A stretch of 64,000 nucleotides of DNA from positions 274,915-338,914 of the forward strand of contig JACOXU010000001.1 of NCBI GenBank assembly GCA_016182185.1. Direction: 5' to 3'. This DNA is from Candidatus Levyibacteriota bacterium (GTDB lineage: Bacteria > Patescibacteriota > Microgenomatia > Levybacterales > UBA12049). The position numbers were made by a program, and so were the translations under genes. The notes below the pieces were generated by a model. It saw nothing but the letters and a program-made list of their open reading frames with translations, did not search any database and had not been told where the DNA came from. Shown here piece after piece: positions 9,741-18,664 of this stretch (position 1 is its first letter; each line of letters starts with the position of its first letter).

Positions 9741-10956
9741 TTGGCCAAAAATAAGCTGTTATAAATACCATCGACAGATACCCCAGATGACTATTGTTTA
9801 AGTATCTTGAAAAATACCAGAAGACAATAAGAAATATTCCATATGCTAATAAAAGTTTTTGAATAGTATTTTCTTTTCTCTGCCATTTTATCAAAAATAT
9901 AATTAGAGGTAATCCAACAGCAACTTGCCAAATCCAAAAGGGATAATAAGAGTAAACATCTGAAATTATGCCGAATTCTTTCAATACTGATCCAAAACCA
10001 TATCCTGATATCGGATAGCTATGGAGAGTATTTCCGGAAAGATAAAAAATAGTACTATCAAGATAGGCTCCCGGGTTCCAGAAAAAAAAGGGCAATACTA
10101 CTGTGGAAAAAGTGATTGCAAAAGGAATAATTTTAATAACTGTTTTTTTGAAATTTTTATTTTTGAAATAAAAGTAGGCAAAGTAAAAAGGGAAAATAGG
10201 CCAAACTGATTGCTTAACTGCAAAAGCAAGAGCTAACAAAATTCCTGCAAGTAAATCTTTCTTTTTATAAAATAAATATAAACCTGCAAGTAAAAACGAG
10301 AACATAAAAATATCATCTCTGCCTTCCAAAAAGTAGCCAAGTGTTGCGGGATTAAATGAAAGTAGTATTAAGAATTGCCGTTTTTTATCCTCATCTTTTA
10401 CCAGTCTTCCTGCTGTAATAAGCATTACAAAAAATAAGAATAAAAGCGGAATTCTCGCATCAAAAAAACCAGGATATCCATGTGCGGTAGCTAAATAAAA
10501 CGGTATAGCAAATAATATATAAAACGGTGGCGTGACAAAATGATAAAGAGCAGGGTTTATCTCCTTATCGGAATAGTTCCATCTTTCAAGCGGAGTTCCA
10601 AAGTATGTGGTTGCGTACGGATTTTTTCCATGCAAAAGGAAACGAATAGCTGATTCCTGCTGAAGTGGCATATCATGAATGCCATATTCAGGAACAGTCT
10701 GATGCCGGACAACAATTGCTGAATAAAAAGCACTTCCTATAATAGTAATTATCAAAATCCACAGTAAGCTATGCTTAATAATATTTAGAATCTTTTCTCT
10801 TAGATTGATTAAGTCAAAAATAATATATAACAAAAGCCCAAAAAAAATTAATCCGAATAACCAGTAAGGGGTGCCTCCGGGGCTTATTCTGTAAGTCATT
10901 ATAAATGGAATAACAAGAGCAAAAAGCAAAATGCTGTCAAGTTTTATATTTTTCAT
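9724..10956 (-). CDS. Polytopic integral membrane protein (possible GT-C/mannosyltransferase-like)
   Basis: 410 aa with 9 or more TM segments. It overlaps its upstream and downstream neighbours. Confidence 0.4.
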   Translation of the reverse strand: MKNIKLDSILLFALVIPFIMTYRISPGGTPYWLFGLIFFGLLLYIIFDLINLREKILNIIKHSLLWILIITIIGSAFYSAIVVRHQTVPEYGIHDMPLQQESAIRFLLHGKNPYATTYFGTPLERWNYSDKEINPALYHFVTPPFYILFAIPFYLATAHGYPGFFDARIPLLFLFFVMLITAGRLVKDEDKKRQFLILLSFNPATLGYFLEGRDDIFMFSFLLAGLYLFYKKKDLLAGILLALAFAVKQSVWPIFPFYFAYFYFKNKNFKKTVIKIIPFAITFSTVVLPFFFWNPGAYLDSTIFYLSGNTLHSYPISGYGFGSVLKEFGIISDVYSYYPFWIWQVAVGLPLIIFLIKWQRKENTIQKLLLAYGIFLIVFWYFSRYLNNSHLGYLSMVFITAYFWPNEKNY

Positions 10957-13361
10957 TATTTTTTAATCTTATGTAAAACAACAGCTAAAAATGAAAATAA
11001 CATTAAACCCAATAAGGTTGATGCTAGTCCAAGCTTGAATGATAATGGTTCGTATTTAAAGGTTACCATATGATTACCCCCCGGAACAACCACGGCTCGG
11101 AAAGAGTAATTAGCTCGATAAATTTTAGTTTTTTGATTATCTATATAAGCATTCCAACCAGGATAGAAATTATCTGAGAGAAAAAGAATAGAATTATTGT
11201 TAGTTTTTGTTTTAACTGAAATTAAATTTGGAGAGTATAAATTAATCTCAGAAGTTCCCTGAAAATCTTCAACCGAACTAAAATTAATTGGATTTTCTTC
11301 TAAAATTACTATTTTGGAAAGGTCTATATTTGGATCAAAAAGAGTATTTAAAATTTCTTGCGGCTTTTCTTTTTTTTCGAATTTCCCTACCAAAAAAGTC
11401 CTTGGCAAAGCAAGTTTATTTCTATATAGCAAAAATTTACCGTCGGACCATATTCTGTTTAAATTACTTCCAACATTATCCTCCTTAGGTTTTAAATCCC
11501 TATCTATTATGTAAGCCACAGAAAGAAGAGATAGTAATCTGTTTCTATAATGATCGCTCTCAATTGTCTCCATGTTCTCGGCAAAAGGGAGTTTGGCATC
11601 TGCCCTTGGTATCTCTTGTGAATATTTTCCTTTATTTGTTCCTGCAAAGAGCAATTCACCATATCTACTGATATAAAAGGAGTCATAACCCTCAGGAGAA
11701 TAAAGATTATAATAAGTTAAAAGATTGGATTCGACATAAGATTTTCCAACACTCCATACCCTACTAACACCGGCTACTCTTTTGGCTTGTTCCAGGATAG
11801 GCAAATTGGGAAAAACAAACTCTCTATCTGAAAAGTACAAATATTTATTTGCAAAGTATAAACTTCCAAAAAGCGAAATTATAATCATGAAATAGGCAAC
11901 ATGATTTGTGATTTTTTTAAAAAAGGCACTAATTAAAATAATAATTATTGACACTAGATAGAAAATAGAAGGAAGAATGAGATTCCTGAAACTTCGAGTC
12001 GCAAACTCACCGGAAGGATCGATAATTCTTTTATAAAAAACAAATCCCCAGGCAGCGATAAAAACAGAAGTTAAAATTAGAATTACTAACATAAAACTTT
12101 TTTTTGATATTTTTTGGGTTAAAAAATAATTTAGACCAAAAGCAGAAAGTACCGAAATCGAAAAAGTACTGATCAAAAAAATTCTTGATGGAATAATAGC
12201 TGATAAAAAGGGCATTTTTGAATAATAAAGCAAGAACCAGCTCGTTGGGAGAGACAGCCCTAAGGATAGCGTTACCAAAAAAACAATTCTAAAAAAAATT
12301 GAATATTTATGAGTTTTCGTCAGTAATGCAAATAAGCCGAAGATTAATCCTGGAATGCCAATATAGAGAACCCTTTCGTAAAAAAATCCTCCCCCAAAAT
12401 AATTATGGACTCCCGGATTCCCAAAAAAATCTGAAGAAATAAAAGTAACTAGTCTGTTTAAGGGGAGAAGGTATAAATCGAAAATAAATTTAGCATCAGT
12501 TGTTCCCCTGGCTGAGTAAATATATGCTTCAAGACTTGGGATTAAATGAATCCCTGCAATCAACAAAGAGATCAAAAATCCTGACAGAATCCAGACTAAT
12601 TTTTTAAAAGTAATTTCCTTTTTAACAAATAGATAAAATAACCAAAGAAAGGAAAAAAGAAATACATATAGACTCGTCTGAAACCAACCTGACAATATCG
12701 ACAAGGTTAATCCGGCAATTAAAATTGAAAAAGAAAAAGCTGAAAGTTTTTTTCTAAAGTTTAATATTGCAAATAGTACGATCGGAAGAAACACTGCCGA
12801 GTAAGTACTCATCAAAGACTCTTCCCACCACGCAATCATGAATCCTGAGAAAGTAAAAACAGTTGCCCCAAAAAAACTAGCTTTTTTATCCAAGGATAAT
12901 TCTTTCAAGAAAAGATACATAAAAACTCCTGTAGTAAGAGGTGTTAAGATAATAATTATTGACCACGCGTCAATTTGAGGCAAAAAAAGAAATAAAAAAC
13001 TTAAGGGATGGAAAGCTGCTGACTGATATGTAGCAAGGAGAGTATTTCCCGAAAAATAATAAGGATTCCAAAGAGGCAATGTAAAATTTTTTATTTGATC
13101 TGTGGTTATTTTTCTTAAAGGATAGAAAATTCTCAAATTATCAAATCCAATGGGCTTGCTGGGAGGACCAGACACATATCCCTTCCACTTATAGGAAGAA
13201 AAAGGTTCATAATAGGAGACAAGAAGATTGCCTGGAATAGGTACTTTTTTTTCAAAAAAATAAGGTTTAAAGAAAAGAAAAGTTAAAGTTATAAAAATAA
13301 GAATAACGAAAAGAATATCTTTCCTCATTATTGGGTAAAGCGGTATTTTAAAAGAGTCCAA
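10956..13361 (-). CDS. YfhO-like GT-C membrane glycosyltransferase, family C paralog
   Basis: 801 aa with an N-terminal TM, an LPLWNPYYFSGNTLLATYQSAAFHPL loop, about 14 TMs and a large C-terminal extracytoplasmic domain, the architecture of YfhO family proteins. Confidence 0.6.
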   Translation of the reverse strand: MDSFKIPLYPIMRKDILFVILIFITLTFLFFKPYFFEKKVPIPGNLLVSYYEPFSSYKWKGYVSGPPSKPIGFDNLRIFYPLRKITTDQIKNFTLPLWNPYYFSGNTLLATYQSAAFHPLSFLFLFLPQIDAWSIIIILTPLTTGVFMYLFLKELSLDKKASFFGATVFTFSGFMIAWWEESLMSTYSAVFLPIVLFAILNFRKKLSAFSFSILIAGLTLSILSGWFQTSLYVFLFSFLWLFYLFVKKEITFKKLVWILSGFLISLLIAGIHLIPSLEAYIYSARGTTDAKFIFDLYLLPLNRLVTFISSDFFGNPGVHNYFGGGFFYERVLYIGIPGLIFGLFALLTKTHKYSIFFRIVFLVTLSLGLSLPTSWFLLYYSKMPFLSAIIPSRIFLISTFSISVLSAFGLNYFLTQKISKKSFMLVILILTSVFIAAWGFVFYKRIIDPSGEFATRSFRNLILPSIFYLVSIIIILISAFFKKITNHVAYFMIIISLFGSLYFANKYLYFSDREFVFPNLPILEQAKRVAGVSRVWSVGKSYVESNLLTYYNLYSPEGYDSFYISRYGELLFAGTNKGKYSQEIPRADAKLPFAENMETIESDHYRNRLLSLLSVAYIIDRDLKPKEDNVGSNLNRIWSDGKFLLYRNKLALPRTFLVGKFEKKEKPQEILNTLFDPNIDLSKIVILEENPINFSSVEDFQGTSEINLYSPNLISVKTKTNNNSILFLSDNFYPGWNAYIDNQKTKIYRANYSFRAVVVPGGNHMVTFKYEPLSFKLGLASTLLGLMLFSFLAVVLHKIKK

Positions 13362-14038
13362 AGAGCAATTGTTCCATCTCTTACAGTATTTAGTTTTTTC
13401 CCCTCACCATAACCCCTTGGTTTAGTTTCTATAGGTATCTCCAAAATTTTATAATCTTTTTTAAGTAATTTTGCCGTAATTTCTGGCTCAAAATCGAAGC
13501 GGCGAGAATTAAGTTTTATATTTTCTAAAGCTTTTTTGGGAAAAAGTTTATAACAGGTTTCCATGTCTGTAATCCACTGACCGTATAAAACGCTTGTAAT
13601 AAGACTTAAAAATCTATTACCAAAATAGTGAAGGAGAAAAAGTGGGCTTTTTTCGTCCTTTGTCAGATTAGGTAACCGGTTAAGTCGTGTGCCATACACG
13701 ACCTTTGCCATTTTTTTTTGAATAGGGATAAAAAGTTTCTTAATATCATTGGGATCATATTCAAGGTCTGCATCTTGAATCACTATATAATCCCCTGAAG
13801 AGTTTTCGATTCCTGTTCGAACCGCAGTGCCTTTTCCTAAATTTTTTTTATGATGAATAATCTTAAGACCCGATATATTAAAGCCTGAAAGTTTTGCTGC
13901 TGTTTTATCAGTTGATCCATCATCAACGACAACAATTTCTTTTTCAGCGTTCGGAATCTTAAGTTTTGTAACTTTTTCAAGAATCTTAGATATTGTCTTT
14001 TCTTCATTAAAGACTGGTATTACAATAGATAATTTCAT
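13328..14038 (-). CDS. GT2 glycosyltransferase, polyprenyl-phosphate sugar synthase-like (DPM1/GtrB/CsbB-like)
   Basis: MKLSIVIPVFNEE...VVDDGSTDKT...IQDADLEYDP. A short GT-A fold enzyme that overlaps the downstream YfhO-like gene by 34 nt. Confidence 0.7.
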   Translation of the reverse strand: MKLSIVIPVFNEEKTISKILEKVTKLKIPNAEKEIVVVDDGSTDKTAAKLSGFNISGLKIIHHKKNLGKGTAVRTGIENSSGDYIVIQDADLEYDPNDIKKLFIPIQKKMAKVVYGTRLNRLPNLTKDEKSPLFLLHYFGNRFLSLITSVLYGQWITDMETCYKLFPKKALENIKLNSRRFDFEPEITAKLLKKDYKILEIPIETKPRGYGEGKKLNTVRDGTIALWTLLKYRFTQ

Positions 14039-14079
14039 AAATTAATCAGCTCGCAATGGCTTTAAGCTAAATCAACGGG

Positions 14080-15009
14080 TCATTCAATAAATTCTGTAAT
14101 TTCTCTATCGGTTTTGCTAAATAATTTTTGAGCCCTGAAACTTGATTTTATAATTTTTGGAAATAAAATTAAAGCCCTAAAAAAACCTAGAAAAAAAGCT
14201 GAGTCTAATCTCAATATTGCCATGATCAAATGATAAGGTAGCCACAATATATGAAGTATTTGTAAATCAAAATCTGTCGCATTTTCCCATACGAAAATAA
14301 ATTGATTTCTGTATGATACTACTTTTATTTCATAATCTGAATATTTACTCTTTATTGATCCTTTTTCATGCTCGTGAACAACGATACTTTTAGGTTCAAA
14401 TTGTATTTTGTATCCTGATTTAAGAGCCCTATAGGAAAGATCAATGTCCTCCCAGTAAAAAGGTGAATAAAGTTCATTAAATCCTGAAAGTTTATCCCAA
14501 ATAAATTTTCTAAATGACCCGCTTCCGCCGCTTACCCAAAGAGTGTCATTTTTACCTACTTCTCCTCTTTGATGGACTAGAAACCCTTTCTGCCATCTGC
14601 CTATGCCTCTACCCCGAAGCACTGCTTTACTCTTCTCAATACTTTTATCCATACAACCTACTGCAAAAATCCTTTCATCATCAAAATGCTCTATCAATGG
14701 CTCAAGAAAATTCTTTTCAGGAGCAACATCCGTATTTAATAGTACTAAAATATCCCCACTTGCATCTTCTACCCCACGATTTACACTTCTTGCAAATCCC
14801 AAATTCCTTTCATTCTTAATTAGTTTGAGGTTTGAGATTTGAGGTTTGAGATTTGAGACTGTTGATATACTTTCATCAGTTGATGCATCATCAACTATTA
14901 TTATTTCCACATCCCCATGATAAAACTTTGCAGCCTCTATAACCCTTGGTAAATTTTTTTTTAGAAGAACTTCTCCATTATAATTTGGAATAATAATACT
15001 TAGATTCAT
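14080..15009 (-). CDS. GT2 family glycosyltransferase
   Basis: MNLSIIIPNYNGEV...IIVDDASTDES...NTD (DXD). It contains a heptamer repeat tract at 14824-14858. Confidence 0.65.
   Translation of the reverse strand: MNLSIIIPNYNGEVLLKKNLPRVIEAAKFYHGDVEIIIVDDASTDESISTVSNLKPQISNLKLIKNERNLGFARSVNRGVEDASGDILVLLNTDVAPEKNFLEPLIEHFDDERIFAVGCMDKSIEKSKAVLRGRGIGRWQKGFLVHQRGEVGKNDTLWVSGGSGSFRKFIWDKLSGFNELYSPFYWEDIDLSYRALKSGYKIQFEPKSIVVHEHEKGSIKSKYSDYEIKVVSYRNQFIFVWENATDFDLQILHILWLPYHLIMAILRLDSAFFLGFFRALILFPKIIKSSFRAQKLFSKTDREITEFIE
14824..14858. repeat. Heptanucleotide tandem repeat (TTTGAGR, 5 units) inside the GT2 gene 14080-15009
   Basis: tttgagg tttgaga tttgagg tttgaga tttgaga. It encodes SNLKPQISNLK. 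Confidence 0.75.
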
Positions 15010-17285
15010 AATAAAGAATTAGAAAAAACTACCTCGTGTTTTCCCTCTTCAATCACAATGCCTCTAAAATCGAAGTTTGTGAGATATATCTTGGTAGATA
15101 CACCATCAATCTCCGCACGCCAAGTTGGATAAAAACTATCAGTCAAAACCAGGAATCCTTTATTCTCATTTTCTGTATTGATAATAATTTTATTAGAACG
15201 ATATTCAACAATATTTACTTTTCCGTTTTTATTACCAACCTGTGAATCTTCAAAGTTTTCAACTATTGCTGTTTTGAAGGGATCGAAATCGGATCTAAAT
15301 ATCTCATTAATTGCCTCTGTTTTACCAGCAACATTTTTCACTTCATTGACAAAAAAAGCTCGAGGTAGTACATTTTTATTTTCATAAACTCTTGCTTCTC
15401 CTTCCTGAAAAACTTTAACTAAAGCACCTGATTTAAGATCAGCCAAACTTAGAATATATTTAACTCCCAAAAGATCTATAATTTTCGAAGAATAATTATA
15501 CGGAGTAATAATTCTATTGAAGCCAAACGGAGGTTTGATGTTCGGCACTCCTCTTTTTGATGCAGTAATTAATTCAGCATATCTGCGTAAATATAAAGGG
15601 TCATAACCTTCTATGCTCTGGATTTTATATATTATCGAAAAGTTAGGAGGCAAAATTCTTGAATCCGTACTCATAACTCTAAAATTATCATTTTTTTCTT
15701 GAAGGAAGGACAAAATTTTCGTTTGTGGAAATAAATAATCTTTTTTTGTAAAAGGCGTGAATTTCCAGCCGGCTCTAAACAAATCAAAAATAGTTATGGA
15801 TAATACTAGAACGGAAAAAACAAGAAAAACATTTTTGTTTTTTTTATGAAAAAAAATATAAAAAAATATTGATAAACTAGACAAAAGAAAAATTAGAGTC
15901 GGTAAGACAATATTTCTTTTTGCAACGAGTAAGTTATCAATAATTAAATTTTTATCGATGTTTCTTCCGTAATAAACAAATAACCAAAGACAAATTAATA
16001 TTATCAAAATAAATATGATCGGATGGAAAATTTCCTTCTTATTTTTCATTTTCAAGAAGTAGTCAAAACCAAATGAAGCAAGAACTGCCAAAGAAAAATC
16101 AGTCAGAAATAGCAATCGCGTAGGTTGGGTTGTATTTATAAAAGGAATGTTTAGAATAAAAGGAATTTTCGCAAATATTGTTGGGAGTGCAAGAATAAGT
16201 GAGAGAAAAAATATTGTACCAAAAAATAGAGTTTTCCTATCGCGACGAAAGAAAAGAGAATACAGGGAAAAAATAAGCGGAAAGACACCGATATAACCTA
16301 AAAATTCTCCATAATTCCATTCTCCCCAGTAATTAAGCGTCGTAGGGTTTCCAAAAAAATCAGGAGCAATAAATTGAATTAAATTCTGCCAGGGAATAAA
16401 CCAACCGGGGTTTTGCCATGGAATTTGATCAACGCTTCGCGCTGAAAATAAAATAAATTGAAAGAGCGGATACCACTGAACGAAAGTTAATATAAAAAAT
16501 AAAAGATAAAAAATCAAAAAAATAAACAAAATTTTTTTTATTCTACCGTACTGAGCCCATCTTACAATTAAGTACACCGTAGAAGTAATAAATAAATAGA
16601 AGAATGTTTGCAAATGTCCCGCAAAGAATGCTGATGTCAGAGAAAGTACGAATATTAAACCCCAAATTAAAAAATTTTTATTTTTGATACTTAATACTGA
16701 ATACTTAATACTGAATACTATTTTATCCGTCGCTAATAATATAAGGGGTAGCCAAAGAGCGGTATGCAGGATTGTGTTCCATTCCATCCAAGCAATCGAA
16801 AATCCGGAAAATGAGAATGTAATCGAACCTATTATACCTGCCCATCTATTTAATTTAAAATTATTTAGATATAAAAATAAAAATATTCCAGCTAAAAGAG
16901 GCTGGAGAATAATTAGAATACTCCAAGAGAAATTAAATGGGAGTATAAAAAATAATAAATTTAACGGATAAAGTGCTGCCGATTGGTGATTTGCCAAAAG
17001 CGGTGTTCCTGCAAAATTATACGGATTCCATAATGGCAGCTCTAAGTTCTTCTCAAGATTAATTGCTAAATACCTCCATGGGTATTGCTGCCTCACTGGA
17101 TCCGTAATCAGGAAATTTTTAAATGGCACTCCTCGAGGAAATTCTTTTGAGTATAAATCGCGGAATGGATGATAAAGCCCTACAATTGTGTCGGATGGAA
17201 TAGGATACAAACTTTTAAAAATAAATTGCCAAAAAAATGTAAAAGCAATAAAAATTATAAAAAATATTGGTAATAATCTTTTCAC
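15006..17285 (-). CDS. YfhO-like GT-C membrane glycosyltransferase, family C paralog
   Basis: 759 aa with LPLWNPYNFAGTPLLANHQSAALYPL and the same architecture as 10956-13361. It overlaps the GT2 gene by 4 nt. Confidence 0.6.
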   Translation of the reverse strand: MKRLLPIFFIIFIAFTFFWQFIFKSLYPIPSDTIVGLYHPFRDLYSKEFPRGVPFKNFLITDPVRQQYPWRYLAINLEKNLELPLWNPYNFAGTPLLANHQSAALYPLNLLFFILPFNFSWSILIILQPLLAGIFLFLYLNNFKLNRWAGIIGSITFSFSGFSIAWMEWNTILHTALWLPLILLATDKIVFSIKYSVLSIKNKNFLIWGLIFVLSLTSAFFAGHLQTFFYLFITSTVYLIVRWAQYGRIKKILFIFLIFYLLFFILTFVQWYPLFQFILFSARSVDQIPWQNPGWFIPWQNLIQFIAPDFFGNPTTLNYWGEWNYGEFLGYIGVFPLIFSLYSLFFRRDRKTLFFGTIFFLSLILALPTIFAKIPFILNIPFINTTQPTRLLFLTDFSLAVLASFGFDYFLKMKNKKEIFHPIIFILIILICLWLFVYYGRNIDKNLIIDNLLVAKRNIVLPTLIFLLSSLSIFFYIFFHKKNKNVFLVFSVLVLSITIFDLFRAGWKFTPFTKKDYLFPQTKILSFLQEKNDNFRVMSTDSRILPPNFSIIYKIQSIEGYDPLYLRRYAELITASKRGVPNIKPPFGFNRIITPYNYSSKIIDLLGVKYILSLADLKSGALVKVFQEGEARVYENKNVLPRAFFVNEVKNVAGKTEAINEIFRSDFDPFKTAIVENFEDSQVGNKNGKVNIVEYRSNKIIINTENENKGFLVLTDSFYPTWRAEIDGVSTKIYLTNFDFRGIVIEEGKHEVVFSNSLL
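16687..16721. repeat. Heptanucleotide tandem repeat (ATACTKA, 5 units) inside the YfhO-like gene 15006-17285
   Basis: atactta atactga atactta atactga atactat. It encodes SIKYSVLSIKN. Confidence 0.7.
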
Positions 17286-18349
17286 AATTCAAGAATATGC
17301 CTAAGATCAGAGCAAAATCTATCTCCTCCGAAAAAATTTGCCCTTTTTATTGCCTCTTTAGACATCTTACTCCACAAATCTTGATCTTCGGTTAATATTT
17401 TGGTCTTATCTATCAATTCTTCCAGCGTATTCCAGAGGAATCCATTTTTTTTATCCTCTACTATTTCTTTTTGACCACCAGCATTTATCACAACGGGAAC
17501 ATTTCCTGCGCCCATTGCCTCAACTGTCGATATACCGAAGTGCTCAGCGTATTCAGGATGCCTTAACAAATCTTCACCAAGCCCTGAAGCATGCCAATAA
17601 ATCTTGGCTTTTGAATATATATTCCAAAGATGATCGTTTGTATTATTGATTGAAAACTCAATCGGAAAATTTTCCGTTCGTTTTTTAAATTCATTAAAAA
17701 TTTTTTCTTCGTTCTTCTTAACACTTACTGCAAGCACAAATTTCCAATTAAGAAGCCCTCTCTTAATCATTTCTTTAAAAGCTTCAATCATTACACCTTG
17801 CTTTTTATAATCATCCGCATTTACGTTTCGCACCCTAAATCTTCCTACATGAAGAATAATATTTTCCTTGTTGTCTTTCGTAGGTCTTAGGCTAACAGGA
17901 GGATACAGAATCGAACTATCAATATTCAAAGATCTATCAATGTAAGATTTTGTATATTTTGAATTACAAAAAAATTTGGTTATTTTTTTAATTTTAAATT
18001 TATCTTTAAAATTTAATCGGAGTTCTGAAATTGGCTGCTGAAAATGAATAAATGTTTTTTTTGATAGAGTTATGGGAATACTCCCATCGCTGAGTAAAAT
18101 GATTACATCGTATTTCTTAGTTATAAGAAGTCTCCGAAAAGTACTTACTTTTGGTGAAAATATGTTTTTTGCAAAATTTATTCGTGATAAATTAAACGAA
18201 AATCTTCTTTTAAGCTCTTCTACATCATTATTATTGTCCCAGAATACATCCACGTTATGATTGGAGGCCAAACACTGGGCTACCGTCATCATGTACTTCT
18301 CTCCACCGCCTAAATCATCAAAGTATGGATCAAAAATTCCAATCTTCAT
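17282..18349 (-). CDS. GT4 (group 1) glycosyltransferase
   Basis: C-terminal EAMGAGNVPVVINAGGQKEIVEDKKNGFL, the EX7E-type GT-B motif. 355 aa. Confidence 0.65.
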   Translation of the reverse strand: MKIGIFDPYFDDLGGGEKYMMTVAQCLASNHNVDVFWDNNNDVEELKRRFSFNLSRINFAKNIFSPKVSTFRRLLITKKYDVIILLSDGSIPITLSKKTFIHFQQPISELRLNFKDKFKIKKITKFFCNSKYTKSYIDRSLNIDSSILYPPVSLRPTKDNKENIILHVGRFRVRNVNADDYKKQGVMIEAFKEMIKRGLLNWKFVLAVSVKKNEEKIFNEFKKRTENFPIEFSINNTNDHLWNIYSKAKIYWHASGLGEDLLRHPEYAEHFGISTVEAMGAGNVPVVINAGGQKEIVEDKKNGFLWNTLEELIDKTKILTEDQDLWSKMSKEAIKRANFFGGDRFCSDLRHILEL

Positions 18350-18412
18350 GAGTTAATTCTACCAACTTTTATACTCCTTGCAAAGTTATTTGAGCTATGA
18401 TATCGTCAGAAT

Positions 18413-18664
18413 ATGAATTATTTTGATTCGCTTAATCAGATTTCACCCCTTGCTCTCTTTGCAGTATTCCTCTGGTCACTCTTGTGGAAAGGCGTTGCCT
18501 TGTGGAGAGCTGTAAAAAATGATCAAAGAAATTGGTTTATTGCAATCCTTGTTATCAATTCAATTGGAATACTCGAAATTACTTACCTTTTTGGATTCGC
18601 GAAAAAAAAGATGAAATTAGAAGAACTTAAATTTTGGGAATTACTTCAAAAATCTTCTTCTTGA
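18413..18664 (+). CDS. Small 2-TM membrane protein of unknown function, plus-strand ORF embedded in the minus-strand cluster
   Basis: 83 aa with two hydrophobic helices. It is convergent with the 3' end of the YfhO-like gene at 18641-21004 and overlaps it by 24 nt. Confidence 0.35.
   Translation: MNYFDSLNQISPLALFAVFLWSLLWKGVALWRAVKNDQRNWFIAILVINSIGILEITYLFGFAKKKMKLEELKFWELLQKSSS

Noticed and set aside
14824-14858. CRISPR array
   Set aside because: The repeats are 7-nt tandem units without spacers and lie inside coding sequence. No 25-40-nt repeat/spacer architecture exists anywhere in the window.
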